This document shows, in pieces, positions 52,641-62,269 of a DNA stretch of 64,000 nt (positions are counted from its first letter, which is position 1; every line of letters begins with the position of its first letter). The notes under the pieces were generated by a model. It saw only the letters and a program-made list of their open reading frames with translations. It ran no database searches and was not told where the DNA came from. Position numbers and translations under genes: made by a program. The stretch is taken from positions 770-64,769 of the forward strand of contig JBKHBH010000001.1 in NCBI GenBank assembly GCA_046542505.1. Direction: 5' to 3'. Origin of the DNA: Thermovirgaceae bacterium. Lineage in GTDB: Bacteria > Synergistota > Synergistia > Synergistales > Thermovirgaceae.

Positions 52641-54587
52641 GTGCCCCGCCGAAAGAGTCTTGCGGGAAAGGTCCTCCTTTGGGGGTTTCTTGGGTCAGGG
52701 CTTGTCCTGACCCTGGTTGTGGCGTCGGGTTTTTTGGCAGCCCGTCTTCTCCTGGAGGAAGAGCTTGAGGCCAAGGCCATGGAGCAGGCCCGGGCGACGG
52801 CCTGCAGTATGGCCGTAGTCACTGAGGCCGTCGAAAGAACCGCGGAAACGGCGTCGGCTGTCATCGGACGCGGTGATTTTACCCGCAGGGAGCTGGTGGA
52901 GTTCCTGAAGACTCTTTTGAGGAACAACAGTGAGATCTTGGGGTCGGCCCTGGCCCTTGAACAGGGGTTGTCGGGTGCGCCTGACGCCCCGTACGTCTAT
53001 CGGGACAATGGGGAATTTCCGGTGGTGAACCTGGCCGCCGAAAAGTACCGTTTTGAAACCAGGGAGTGGTTCACCCTCCCGAAGTCCTCGGGCCTGGCGC
53101 AATGGAGTGAACCGTATTACGATGAAGGTGGCGGGAATGTCCTCATGGCTACCTACTCAGCTCCCCTTGAGGATGCCCGGGGCAGTTTTTTGGGCGTACT
53201 CACCGCCGACCTCTCCCTGCAGTGGCTTACTGAGATGGTTGGCTCCATCTCAAGACCGGGTAAGGGCGGATATGCTTTTATGGTTTCCGCCGAAGGAAAG
53301 TTCATCTCCCATCCCGAAAAAGATTTCATCATGAATGAGTCGGTCTTCAGTATCGCCGGGGCAGAGGGTAACGGTGAGCTTGCCGATATCGGCCGGAGGA
53401 TGATAGCCGGTGAAGAGGGGTTCGCCCCGGTCACACTCGGCGGCGTTGCCGGCTGGCTCGGGTTTTCCGGTGTGGGGGACACGGGCTGGTCTCTGGGGGT
53501 CTTTTTCCCCCGTGCAGCCCTTCTCAGGCAGGTTGCAGATTTGAGCCGGATCCAGGCGCTCACCGCCTTTGCGGGGCTCTTTTCGTTACTTCTTTTCCTG
53601 TGGGTTCTGGCACGGACGATCACGAAACCTCTGAGGGCGCTGGATGGAGCCGTTCAGGCCATGGGATCCGGAGATGCGACGGTACCCCTTCCCGAGGTCT
53701 CCGGCGAGGACGAAGTGGTGCGCCTCACGTCGTCTTTTGCGACGATGAGATATCAGATCCAGGAATATATGGCCGAGCTGTCGCGGACGGCGGCGGCCAG
53801 GGAACGCATCGAAAGCGAGCTCAGGATAGGCCGGTCGATCCAGATGAGCCTCGTCCCCAAGACTTTCCCCCCTTTTCCGGATCATGAGGAGTTCTCGATT
53901 TACGCCATGCTCGAACCCGCCAGGGAGGTGGGGGGAGACTTCTACGACTTTTTCCTGACCGATGACGGAAGACTCTGGACAGTCGTGGGAGATGTCTCGG
54001 GCAAGGGTGTTCCGGCCGCGCTCTTCATGGCGGTGACGCGAACTTTCATCAGGGCCCTTTCCAGGGAGGAATCGTCCCCCGCGCAGCTTTTGAAGCGACT
54101 TAACAACGAGCTCGCCGAAGGAAACGAGGAGTCCATGTTTGTCACACTCTTTGTGGGTGTTCTCGACCCTGAAGCGGGAGTCCTCCGTTATGTCCTGGGC
54201 GGCCACCCGCCGCCATTGCTTGCCGGAAGAAACGGGAGCGTGTCGGTCCTGCCTGAAGTCAATGGAGCCCTTGTGGGAGCCATGGAGGGAATTCTCTTCG
54301 AAGAAGGCAGTGTAACCCTTGCTCCGGGAGACCTTTTGGTCATTTACACCGACGGTGTCACTGAGGCCATGAATGCCGACGGAGATCTCTTCGGAGATGA
54401 AAGGACCAAAAAAGCTGTAACCGACCTTGGGCGTCTGGACTGCCAGGACGTCCTGGAGGGCATCCGAAAACGGATCAAAAGCCATGCCGGCGAAACGGAA
54501 CAGTCCGACGACATTACCTTGCTTGCCCTGTGTTACTCAGGCGGTGCAACAGGGACGTCACGAGCGGGACAGCCTGCGGAAAGCTGA
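52641..54587 (+). CDS. Membrane sensor phosphatase: double-Cache-like extracytoplasmic domain + HAMP + PP2C (SpoIIE/RsbU type), 648 aa
   Basis: GTG start. An N-terminal TM segment is followed by a roughly 270-aa extracytoplasmic region, a second TM segment, HAMP (ITKPLRALDG...) and PP2C motifs (REVGGDFYDF, GDVSGKGV, TDGV.EA). Confidence 0.75.
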   Translation: MPRRKSLAGKVLLWGFLGSGLVLTLVVASGFLAARLLLEEELEAKAMEQARATACSMAVVTEAVERTAETASAVIGRGDFTRRELVEFLKTLLRNNSEILGSALALEQGLSGAPDAPYVYRDNGEFPVVNLAAEKYRFETREWFTLPKSSGLAQWSEPYYDEGGGNVLMATYSAPLEDARGSFLGVLTADLSLQWLTEMVGSISRPGKGGYAFMVSAEGKFISHPEKDFIMNESVFSIAGAEGNGELADIGRRMIAGEEGFAPVTLGGVAGWLGFSGVGDTGWSLGVFFPRAALLRQVADLSRIQALTAFAGLFSLLLFLWVLARTITKPLRALDGAVQAMGSGDATVPLPEVSGEDEVVRLTSSFATMRYQIQEYMAELSRTAAARERIESELRIGRSIQMSLVPKTFPPFPDHEEFSIYAMLEPAREVGGDFYDFFLTDDGRLWTVVGDVSGKGVPAALFMAVTRTFIRALSREESSPAQLLKRLNNELAEGNEESMFVTLFVGVLDPEAGVLRYVLGGHPPPLLAGRNGSVSVLPEVNGALVGAMEGILFEEGSVTLAPGDLLVIYTDGVTEAMNADGDLFGDERTKKAVTDLGRLDCQDVLEGIRKRIKSHAGETEQSDDITLLALCYSGGATGTSRAGQPAES

Positions 54588-54631
54588 AAAGAAGACGTCG
54601 ATGGCCCGGAAAGTTCAGCGGGTAAAAGGCA

Positions 54632-55573
54632 TCATGGACTGTTTTTTGTCGTGAAGGTGCGGGGCGTTCCCACGGAGTCGCCCAAACGTTTTTCGAGCAG
54701 CCGGAGCATTTCCCAGCCCGCATAGGTAAGCCCCTGTATGTGATGGAAAAGAGCCAGCGTTTCGATGGTGATGGGACGATCGTAGTCGAAGGGAAGCAAT
54801 CTGAGGTATCCCGATTCGATACCGTCGGCTGCGGAAGCTTCCGGAACAAGCCCGACGCCGATCCCGTCGGCGACGAGCCTGATTACGGCCATCGGTGTGG
54901 CCGCCCTTGCCCGAACGTCAAGACGGATCTGATGGCGGAGAGAAAAATCCTCCAGGTAGGCGGAAAAGGGGGCGTCTTCGGACCAGAAGACGAAGGGCAT
55001 GACCTGGAGGTCGCCCGGGGAAAGGGACTCTTCCGGAAGCGGCGTTTCCGCAGGGGCGACAAAGACAAGGCGCTGGATGCCGATCACGTGAGAAGAGATG
55101 TCGGTTTCGGCAGGGGACTGGAGATTCCGTTCCGCCAGGGCAAGCTCGAGGTCGCCGTTTCGGAGGCGGTCGACGAGTCCCGAAGTGTTCGCGCAGACCA
55201 GACGCAGTCTGACACCGGGAAAGGCCCGCGCGTATTCGGAGAATACCCCGGCAACAGGCCCCGTATCCATTCCTGGGGTGTACCCCACATTGAGAGCTCC
55301 CGTTTCCAGAGACCTCAGGCTTTCCATCCGTTCCGTCACTTCATTCAACCGGCCGAGGATTTCCCTGGCGGCCGTGTAGAGGAGCCGTCCTTCCGGAGTC
55401 AGTCGAATCCTCCTCTTCCGGCGGTTGAAAAGCTGCACGCCGAAATGTTCCTCGAGGCTGGCGATGTGCTGGCTGACTGAAGGTTGTGAAATGTACATCT
55501 TTTCCGCGGCGGCGCTGAAGGAGCCTTCATCTGCGACGGTGCAGAATGAGTTAAGCTGAAACAAGGTGACCAT
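54632..55573 (-). CDS. LysR-family transcriptional regulator
   Basis: N-terminal HTH LNSFCTVADEGSFSAAAEKMYISQPSVSQHIASLE. 313 aa, divergent from the M20 operon. Confidence 0.85.
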   Translation of the reverse strand: MVTLFQLNSFCTVADEGSFSAAAEKMYISQPSVSQHIASLEEHFGVQLFNRRKRRIRLTPEGRLLYTAAREILGRLNEVTERMESLRSLETGALNVGYTPGMDTGPVAGVFSEYARAFPGVRLRLVCANTSGLVDRLRNGDLELALAERNLQSPAETDISSHVIGIQRLVFVAPAETPLPEESLSPGDLQVMPFVFWSEDAPFSAYLEDFSLRHQIRLDVRARAATPMAVIRLVADGIGVGLVPEASAADGIESGYLRLLPFDYDRPITIETLALFHHIQGLTYAGWEMLRLLEKRLGDSVGTPRTFTTKNSP

Positions 55574-55671
55574 TTCATTGACCTCCCGAAAAAGATTGTC
55601 CGCAAAAAAGCCGCCTGAAAAAGGGTGAACCTTTGTGTGGACTGGTTTTGTAAACAGGATACATCCGAAAA

Positions 55672-55695
55672 TTCTATAGGTTTAAACCTATAGAA
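55672..55695. promoter_or_regulatory. Perfect 24-bp palindrome TTCTATAGGTTTAAACCTATAGAA (candidate LysR binding site)
   Basis: 12-bp arms with an ATAGG-N6-CCTAT core, about 100 bp from the lysR start and about 85 bp from the M20 gene start. Confidence 0.6.
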
Positions 55696-55713
55696 AACAT
55701 CAGAAATTACTTG

Positions 55714-55741
55714 TTGATCTTAATATTTTGAGACGTATACT
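55714..55741 (+). promoter_or_regulatory. Candidate promoter TTGATC-16 nt-TATACT for the M20/PLP operon
   Basis: Hexamers at 55714-55719 and 55736-55741. Confidence 0.35.
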
Positions 55742-55777
55742 GCAAATGCGGGAATCCAGCGACAAGGGTGGAGAAAG

Positions 55778-57019
55778 ATGCTTCATGCCTCACGGAAAGA
55801 AGAACTGATAAAACTCTGCAGGGAATTCGTCCGGACCCCGAGCCCACCGGGCTATGAACGGCAGCTTGCGGGATTCGTCCGTGACAGCATGACATCCCTG
55901 GGTTTCGACGATGTCCGGGTGGATTATTTCGGTAACGTGACGGGAAGCGTCGGGTTCGGTGACGGCCCGTGCCTTCTGCTGGAAGCCCAGCTGGACCATG
56001 TCGAGGTGGACGATCCTTTCACGTGGCAGTTTTACCCCTTCGGCGGATTCGTCTCAAAAAACAGGATTTACGGCAGGGGTGCCACGGACCAGAAGGGCAG
56101 TCTGGCCGCCATGATATGTGCCGCTGCCTTTCTCAAGGATGACCTGGCAAAGCATCTTTTGGGACGCCTCGTTGTGTCAGCCACGGTTTTTCAGGAGCGG
56201 TTCGAGGGTGTTTCTTCCCGACTGGTTGACGACAGGTATTCCCCAGATTTCGTCGTCACCGGGGAAGCTTCGGAGCTGGCCGTGGAACGCGGCCAGCGTG
56301 GAAGGGCTGAGATCGTGGTGGAGGTCACCGGCAAGCCTGCCCATTCGGCGCGGCCGGACTACGGCATCAACGCCGCGACCCGCATGGCTTCTTTGGTCTG
56401 TTTCATCAATGAGTCTTTTTCCCCCGGAAAGGATGCTTTTTTGGGCGAGGGTATCCTGGAACTGACGAACCTCGTGTCTTTCCCGGAGAACTCCACAGGG
56501 CAGGTTCCATCGTCCTGTCGCGCCCTTTTCGACCGAAGGCTTCTGCCAGGCGAGACCAGAACCGATGTGCTGAACCAGCTGGACCAAATCCTGGGATCGG
56601 CCGCTCGAAGGATACCGGATCTGAAGGCCAGGGCCTGGATCCCCGACGCCTCGGACAGTTGCTACACGGGAGCGCGGATTTCCGGAGACCATTTCGCTCC
56701 GGCGTGGCTTTTCCCGCCGGACCATCCCTTCGTGATGACCTGCCTTGAAGGTCTGGCCAAGGCGGGGCTGGAGCCGAAGCTTGCGGAGGGACCGGGGTTC
56801 GGGACAAACGGCTGTTATTACGGGGCTGTGAAGGGTGTTCCCACCGTGGCGTTCGGACCGTCACGGGAGACTTTGGCCCACGTGGATGACGAGTACATAG
56901 ATATTGACCAGCTGGTCGCCGGCTGCAGGGGGTATTACGGCATCGCCGCCGAGGTTCTTTCCCGGCAGGGGGCTTTTCGTGCCACAGGAGAAACCGACAA
57001 GGAGGATGCAGTGTGCTGA
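55778..57019 (+). CDS. YgeY-like M20-family protein, copy 1 (413 aa), with substituted catalytic positions
   Basis: About 40% similar by eye to copy 2 (ERGQRGRAEI, FGTNG, LAHVDDEYIDI). It has EAQLDHV instead of EGHMDHV and FQERFEG instead of HEECFEG. Confidence 0.7.
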   Translation: MLHASRKEELIKLCREFVRTPSPPGYERQLAGFVRDSMTSLGFDDVRVDYFGNVTGSVGFGDGPCLLLEAQLDHVEVDDPFTWQFYPFGGFVSKNRIYGRGATDQKGSLAAMICAAAFLKDDLAKHLLGRLVVSATVFQERFEGVSSRLVDDRYSPDFVVTGEASELAVERGQRGRAEIVVEVTGKPAHSARPDYGINAATRMASLVCFINESFSPGKDAFLGEGILELTNLVSFPENSTGQVPSSCRALFDRRLLPGETRTDVLNQLDQILGSAARRIPDLKARAWIPDASDSCYTGARISGDHFAPAWLFPPDHPFVMTCLEGLAKAGLEPKLAEGPGFGTNGCYYGAVKGVPTVAFGPSRETLAHVDDEYIDIDQLVAGCRGYYGIAAEVLSRQGAFRATGETDKEDAVC

Positions 57020-58209
57020 ATGAATCGCGACGGGAACAATTGGTGCAGTTTTGCAGGGATATCATCCGGATTCCGAGCCCTTCGGGCCGGGAGGGTGACG
57101 TGGCAGGCGTGATTGCGGAAAGGATGAAGAAAACGGGATTTGACGGCGTCGACGTGGACAGGTACGGAAACGTGATCGGGCGGATCACCCTCGGCCGGGG
57201 GGGCACGCGTATCCTCCTGGAAGGGCACATGGATCACGTGGATGTGAGCGACCCTTCAAAATGGACGGTGGACCCCTTCGGCGGCGAGATCAAAGACGGC
57301 CGGATATGGGGAAGGGCGACGACGGACATGAAGGGAAACCTGGCAGCCATGATCCAGGCGGCGTCATTCCTGAAAGAGGATCTTGCGGAGGACCTCGACG
57401 GCGAGATCTTCGTGGGCGGCTGTGTCCACGAGGAGTGCTTCGAGGGGGTCGCCTCCGAGGAGATCGGCAAGGCCTGCCGCCCCGACTGCGTGGTCATCGG
57501 CGAGCCCTCGGGTCTGTCCCTGAAACGTGGCCAGCGGGGCCGGGCCGAGGTTGTACTGGAAACCTTCGGGAAGAACGCACACTCGTCGAACCCGTCGGTG
57601 GGGATCAATGCCGTGAAAAAAATGATGAAAGCCATCCTGGCGATCGAGGAAGGGTTTGAACCGAAAAGGCACCCCGTCCTCGGTGAGGGGATCCTCGAGG
57701 TGACGGATGTGATCTCCTCTCCATATCCGGGCGCGAGCGTAGTCCCCGACCGGTGCCGGGCGACCTTCGACCGCAGGCTCCTGGAGGGCGAGGACAAAGA
57801 CGGGGTTCTCGGCCAGGTTCGGGAGTTGATCGGCAATGTAGGGCAAGCCGATGGCGAATTCAAGGCAAAGGTGAGCCTTGCCGTCGGCGAAGAACAGTGC
57901 TACACGGGAGAGACCATCAGGGCCGAGCGGTTCGCCCCGGGATGGATTTTCCCCGAAAACCACCCCTTTGTGCAGTCCGCTCTGGAGGGGCTCAGGTCGG
58001 TGGGACAGGACCCAAAGGTGCAGCACTACTACTTCTGCACCAACGGAAGCTACTATGCGGGAAAGGCGGGGATCCCCACCGTGGGCTTCGGCGGTTCGCT
58101 GGAGACGCTGGCCCATGTGGACGACGAGTACATCGAGATCGACCATCTCGCGAAGGCTTGCGAGGGTTACTACGGGATCATCCGGTCCACCCTGGGGGCG
58201 AAGGGATAG
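57013..58209 (+). CDS. YgeY-like M20-family metallohydrolase, copy 2 (398 aa), canonical motifs
   Basis: GTG 57013 lies 6 nt after GGAGGA and overlaps the copy 1 stop. Motifs GHMDHV, TTDMKG, HEE, KRGQRGRAEV, FCTNG and LAHVDDE resemble E. coli YgeY as I recall it. Confidence 0.75.
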   Translation: MLNESRREQLVQFCRDIIRIPSPSGREGDVAGVIAERMKKTGFDGVDVDRYGNVIGRITLGRGGTRILLEGHMDHVDVSDPSKWTVDPFGGEIKDGRIWGRATTDMKGNLAAMIQAASFLKEDLAEDLDGEIFVGGCVHEECFEGVASEEIGKACRPDCVVIGEPSGLSLKRGQRGRAEVVLETFGKNAHSSNPSVGINAVKKMMKAILAIEEGFEPKRHPVLGEGILEVTDVISSPYPGASVVPDRCRATFDRRLLEGEDKDGVLGQVRELIGNVGQADGEFKAKVSLAVGEEQCYTGETIRAERFAPGWIFPENHPFVQSALEGLRSVGQDPKVQHYYFCTNGSYYAGKAGIPTVGFGGSLETLAHVDDEYIEIDHLAKACEGYYGIIRSTLGAKG

Positions 58210-59457
58210 ATGGCAAGGCCCGAAAAACTCACGTGCGTCTTGTGCAAAAAGGACTATGACCCCGAAGACACGGTGATGACCTGCCCCGACTGCGGGCTTG
58301 ACGGGACCCTTGACGTTGTCTATGACTACGAGGCCGCGGCGAAGGAACTGAACCGGGAGGCCCTGGCCGCCGACGGGCGCAGCGATCTCTGGAGGTACCG
58401 GAAGATCCTGCCGGTGGTCCGGGAGGAAAGCATCCCGGCCCTGTCCGTCGGCTGGACGCCCATGTATGACTCAAGCCGTCTGGCTGAGGCGTATGGAGTT
58501 CGCGAGGTATGGGTAAAGGATGACGGGCGCAACCCTACGGGATCACTCAAGGACCGAGCGAGCGCCGTGGGTGTGGCCAAGGCCCTGGATACGGGACAGA
58601 AGGTGGTTTCATGTGCCTCCACGGGCAATGCGGCCAGTTCTCTGGCGGGTTTTGCCGCCACGGCAGGAGTTTCGAGCGTCATTTTCGTCCCGGATACTGC
58701 GCCGGCGGCCAAGGTGGCGCAGCTTCTCGTCTACGGGGCAGAGGTTGTCCTGGTGCGTGGCGGGTACGAAAAGGCCTTTGATCTCGCCACCGAAGCAATC
58801 AAGACCTGGGACTGGTATAATCGTAATTGCGCGGTAAATCCTTACTTGGTTGAAGGAAAGAAGACCTGTTCCATGGAAATGGCCGAGCAACTCGGATGGG
58901 ACCTGCCGGATACGGTCTTTGTCTCCGTCGGTGACGGGTGCATCATCAGCGGAGTCTACAAGGGGTTTCTCGACCTGTTGCGCCTGGGAATAACGGATCG
59001 CATCCCCAGGATCGTCGGTGTCCAGGCCGAAGGAGCGGCTCCCATCTGGAAGGCCTTCAGGGAGAAAGCGGAGCGAGTGCAGTTTGGCCCTGCCAGAACC
59101 GTGGCCGACAGCATAGCCGTCGGAGCCCCGAGGAACTGGGCAAAAGCCCTGCGGGCCGTGAGGGAGAGCTTCGGCGAGATGGTCACGGTTACCGACGAAG
59201 AGATCCTCTCGGCCATCCCGGAACTGGCGCGGGCTACGGGAGTCTTCGGTGAACCCGCGGGCGTGACGGGTTTTGCGGGATTCAGGAGAATGGCCCGCCA
59301 GGGACTGTTGGAAAAAAATGAACGAGTGGCCGTGATCGTTACCGGCAATGGGCTCAAGGACATAGAAGGGGCGAAAAAGTCCGTGAACGAGCCCGTTGTG
59401 GTGGATGCAGATCTTGACCAGCTCCGAAAGGCTTTGGAAGGAAAACCCGGGATTTGA
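58210..59457 (+). CDS. Threonine synthase-family PLP enzyme with an N-terminal Cys4 zinc-ribbon (415 aa)
   Basis: TAGATG junction. CVLC...CPDC ribbon; NPTGSLKDRAS (PLP Lys) and ASTGNAA. Confidence 0.7.
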   Translation: MARPEKLTCVLCKKDYDPEDTVMTCPDCGLDGTLDVVYDYEAAAKELNREALAADGRSDLWRYRKILPVVREESIPALSVGWTPMYDSSRLAEAYGVREVWVKDDGRNPTGSLKDRASAVGVAKALDTGQKVVSCASTGNAASSLAGFAATAGVSSVIFVPDTAPAAKVAQLLVYGAEVVLVRGGYEKAFDLATEAIKTWDWYNRNCAVNPYLVEGKKTCSMEMAEQLGWDLPDTVFVSVGDGCIISGVYKGFLDLLRLGITDRIPRIVGVQAEGAAPIWKAFREKAERVQFGPARTVADSIAVGAPRNWAKALRAVRESFGEMVTVTDEEILSAIPELARATGVFGEPAGVTGFAGFRRMARQGLLEKNERVAVIVTGNGLKDIEGAKKSVNEPVVVDADLDQLRKALEGKPGI

Positions 59458-59496
59458 AATAACAGGAAAGAAAAGGAAAATCAGGGAGGGTGCGCG

Positions 59497-60759
59497 ATGT
59501 TCAAGGATTCTTTCGAGTTTCTCAGACGGACGGACCCGGCCGTGGCGGAGATCATCGAGGCCGAGTTGTTGAGGGAAAAAGATGGCATAGAACTGATTGC
59601 CTCGGAGAACGCCGTGTCCCCGGCGGTTCTTGCCGCCATGGGGTCGATACTGACCAACAAGTACGCCGAGGGGTACCCGGCGAAGCGCTATTACGGCGGC
59701 TGCGAAGTGGTCGACAGGGCCGAGGATCTGGCCAGGGACCGGGCGAAAAAACTCTTCGGCTGCGACCATGTGAACGTGCAGCCCCATTCGGGATCCCAGG
59801 CGAACATGGCTGTGTATTTCGCCTTCCTCGAACCGGGGGATACGATCCTCACAATGAACCTCTCCCACGGCGGCCATCTTACCCACGGGAGCCCCGTGAA
59901 TTTTTCCGGCCAGCTGTACAACGTGGTCCACTACGGCGTAAAAAAGGACACGGAGACCATCGACTTCGACCAGGTTGAGCGCCTGGCCGGGGAAAACAAG
60001 CCGAAGATGATCGTCTGCGGCGCCAGCGCCTACCCGCGGGAGATCGATGCCGAACGGTTCAGGGAGATCGCCGACAGGCACGGCGCCTACCTCATGTTCG
60101 ACATCGCACACATCGCCGGGCTCATCGCGGCGGACCTCCACAAGGACCCTGTGCCCTGGTGCGACTTCATCACCACCACGACCCACAAGACGCTGCGCGG
60201 CCCCAGGGGGGGCATGATCCTCTGCAGGGAGGAGTACGCCAGGGCCATAGACAAGGCCCTTTTCCCGGGCATGCAGGGCGGCCCGCTGATGCATATCATC
60301 GCCGCAAAGGCCGTGGCCTTCGAGGAGGCCCTCAAGCCGGAATTTGCCGAATACCAGAAGCGCATCATTGAAAACGCACGGGCCTTTGGCGAGGCATTGG
60401 GGAAAAAGGGCTTCCGGTGTGTTTCCGGCGGGACGGACAACCATCTGCTGCTTCTGGATTTGACGGAGCGAGGTATTACCGGGAAAGACCTGGAGACGGC
60501 CCTGGACAAGGCGGGGCTCACAGTCAACAAGAACACCATTCCTTTCGAGACCAGGAGCCCCTTCGTCACCAGCGGGATCCGTGTCGGCACCCCGGCGGTG
60601 ACCACCAGGGGATTTGGCCCCGAACAGATGAGCCGGCTGGCGGACTGGATGGACCAGGTGGCGTCGAAACCAGACGACGAAAAAACCCTGAAGCGGGTTC
60701 GGGAAGAAGTCCGGGCTCTCTGCCGGGAGTTTCCCCTCTACGGGGAGTACGAACTCTAG
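59497..60759 (+). CDS. glyA: Serine hydroxymethyltransferase (canonical motifs)
   Basis: Motifs [43 protein letters not shown] and NKNTIPF, 420 aa. Confidence 0.9.
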   Translation: MFKDSFEFLRRTDPAVAEIIEAELLREKDGIELIASENAVSPAVLAAMGSILTNKYAEGYPAKRYYGGCEVVDRAEDLARDRAKKLFGCDHVNVQPHSGSQANMAVYFAFLEPGDTILTMNLSHGGHLTHGSPVNFSGQLYNVVHYGVKKDTETIDFDQVERLAGENKPKMIVCGASAYPREIDAERFREIADRHGAYLMFDIAHIAGLIAADLHKDPVPWCDFITTTTHKTLRGPRGGMILCREEYARAIDKALFPGMQGGPLMHIIAAKAVAFEEALKPEFAEYQKRIIENARAFGEALGKKGFRCVSGGTDNHLLLLDLTERGITGKDLETALDKAGLTVNKNTIPFETRSPFVTSGIRVGTPAVTTRGFGPEQMSRLADWMDQVASKPDDEKTLKRVREEVRALCREFPLYGEYEL

Positions 60760-60805
60760 CTCTTTTTGATGCAAGGGCGGAAAACACGAAAAGGAGTTGT
60801 GAGCG

Positions 60806-62269
60806 TTGATCGACCTGACCATAAACGAACAAGGTCTTCGTCGCGCCGTTGAGCGCGCCAGGGAAAAGAACATCATCATCCCCACTTTCGAAGAGATGAA
60901 AAACCCGGAGAAAGTCCCGCAAACGATCAAGGAAAAGCTGAAGGACGTGGGGCTATGGGACGTGGATTCGCTGAATCTATACAGGATCACCTGGAAGAAC
61001 GAACCTGTAAAGCATGGCGGTCTCTACGACGGCGTCAACTTCATGGAACTGCCGACGGAACTTACGGGAGTCAAAGCCCGTGTCATCGCACTGGTGGGCA
61101 AGTGGTTTCCGACGGGGGCCCACAAGGTGGGGGCCACCTTCGGGTGCCTGGCGCCGCGGCTGGTGACGGGCCAGTTCGACCCCACCAGCCAGAAGGCCAT
61201 ATGGCCCTCCACGGGGAACTATTGCCGTGGAGGCGCCTACAACGCACAACTTTTGGGTTGCGAATCCATCGCCATCCTGCCTGAGGGTATGAGCCGGGAG
61301 CGCTTCGACTGGCTCAAGATGGTGGCCGGAGAGGTTATTGCCACCCCGGGCAGCGAGAGCAACGTGAAGGAGATTTTTGACAAGACCTGGGAACTCAGGC
61401 GGACTCGCGACAACGTGGTGGCCTTCAACCAGTTCGAGGAATTCGGGAATTATCTCTGGCACTACGAGGTGACGGGCCATGCCATGGAAGAGGCCTTCGA
61501 AGCCGCGGCCGCAAAGGATGACCGGTACTTTGGCGTTGCCCTTACGTCCGGTTCGGCGGGGACCCTCGGCTGCGGCGACTACATGAAAGAACTCTTTCCC
61601 GCCTCGAAGATCGCCGTCGGCGAGGCGCTCCAGTGCCCGACACTCCTTGAAAACGGGTTCGGGGCCCACAGGATCGAGGGGATCGGTGACAAGCACGTGC
61701 CATGGATCCACAACGTGAAGAACACAGACATGGTCATTGCCGTGGACGATGCCGACAGCATGGCCATGATCCGGCTCTTCAACGAACCCGCCGGCAGGGA
61801 GTATCTGAAGAAACAGGGCCTCTCCCAAAAGCTCATTGACGATCTCCCACTTCTGGGCATTTCCAGCGCCGCCAACCTGATCATGACCATAAAGATGGCC
61901 CGCTACTATGAGCTCACGGAAAAAGACGTGATCTTCACCGTCTTTACCGACAGCATGGAGCTTTACGGTTCGCGCCTGAAGGAGATGGAAGAAGAGTATG
62001 GGCCCTACGGCGAGATTGACGCCGCGGTGGACTTCAACCAGCATATCCGTGGGCTCACGGTGGACTGGATGCAGGAGTTGGGCTACTACGACCGCAGAAG
62101 GATCCACAATCTGAAATACTACACCTGGATTGAACAGCAGGAGCGGGATCTGGATGAACTCAATGCCCAGTGGTACGACGCGAAGGAGTATTGGGGAAGC
62201 ATCCGGAAGATGGCTCCCGCCATCGACGAGAGGATTCGTACCTTCAACGAAATGACGGGGTTGCTCTAG
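60806..62269 (+). CDS. Fold-type II (TrpB-like) PLP-dependent enzyme of unassigned function (487 aa)
   Basis: TTG start 9 nt after AAGGAG. FPTGAHKVGATFG resembles the Trp[10 protein letters not shown] Lys motif, and there is a Gly-rich SGSAGTLGCG loop. A roughly 95-aa N-terminal extension and a long C-terminal extension are present. Confidence 0.55.
   Translation: MIDLTINEQGLRRAVERAREKNIIIPTFEEMKNPEKVPQTIKEKLKDVGLWDVDSLNLYRITWKNEPVKHGGLYDGVNFMELPTELTGVKARVIALVGKWFPTGAHKVGATFGCLAPRLVTGQFDPTSQKAIWPSTGNYCRGGAYNAQLLGCESIAILPEGMSRERFDWLKMVAGEVIATPGSESNVKEIFDKTWELRRTRDNVVAFNQFEEFGNYLWHYEVTGHAMEEAFEAAAAKDDRYFGVALTSGSAGTLGCGDYMKELFPASKIAVGEALQCPTLLENGFGAHRIEGIGDKHVPWIHNVKNTDMVIAVDDADSMAMIRLFNEPAGREYLKKQGLSQKLIDDLPLLGISSAANLIMTIKMARYYELTEKDVIFTVFTDSMELYGSRLKEMEEEYGPYGEIDAAVDFNQHIRGLTVDWMQELGYYDRRRIHNLKYYTWIEQQERDLDELNAQWYDAKEYWGSIRKMAPAIDERIRTFNEMTGLL

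Noticed and set aside
58609-60990. 793-aa minus-strand ORF opposite the ThrC-like and glyA genes
   Set aside because: Same reasoning: the opposite-strand genes have clear family motifs, and the antisense product is compositionally aberrant.
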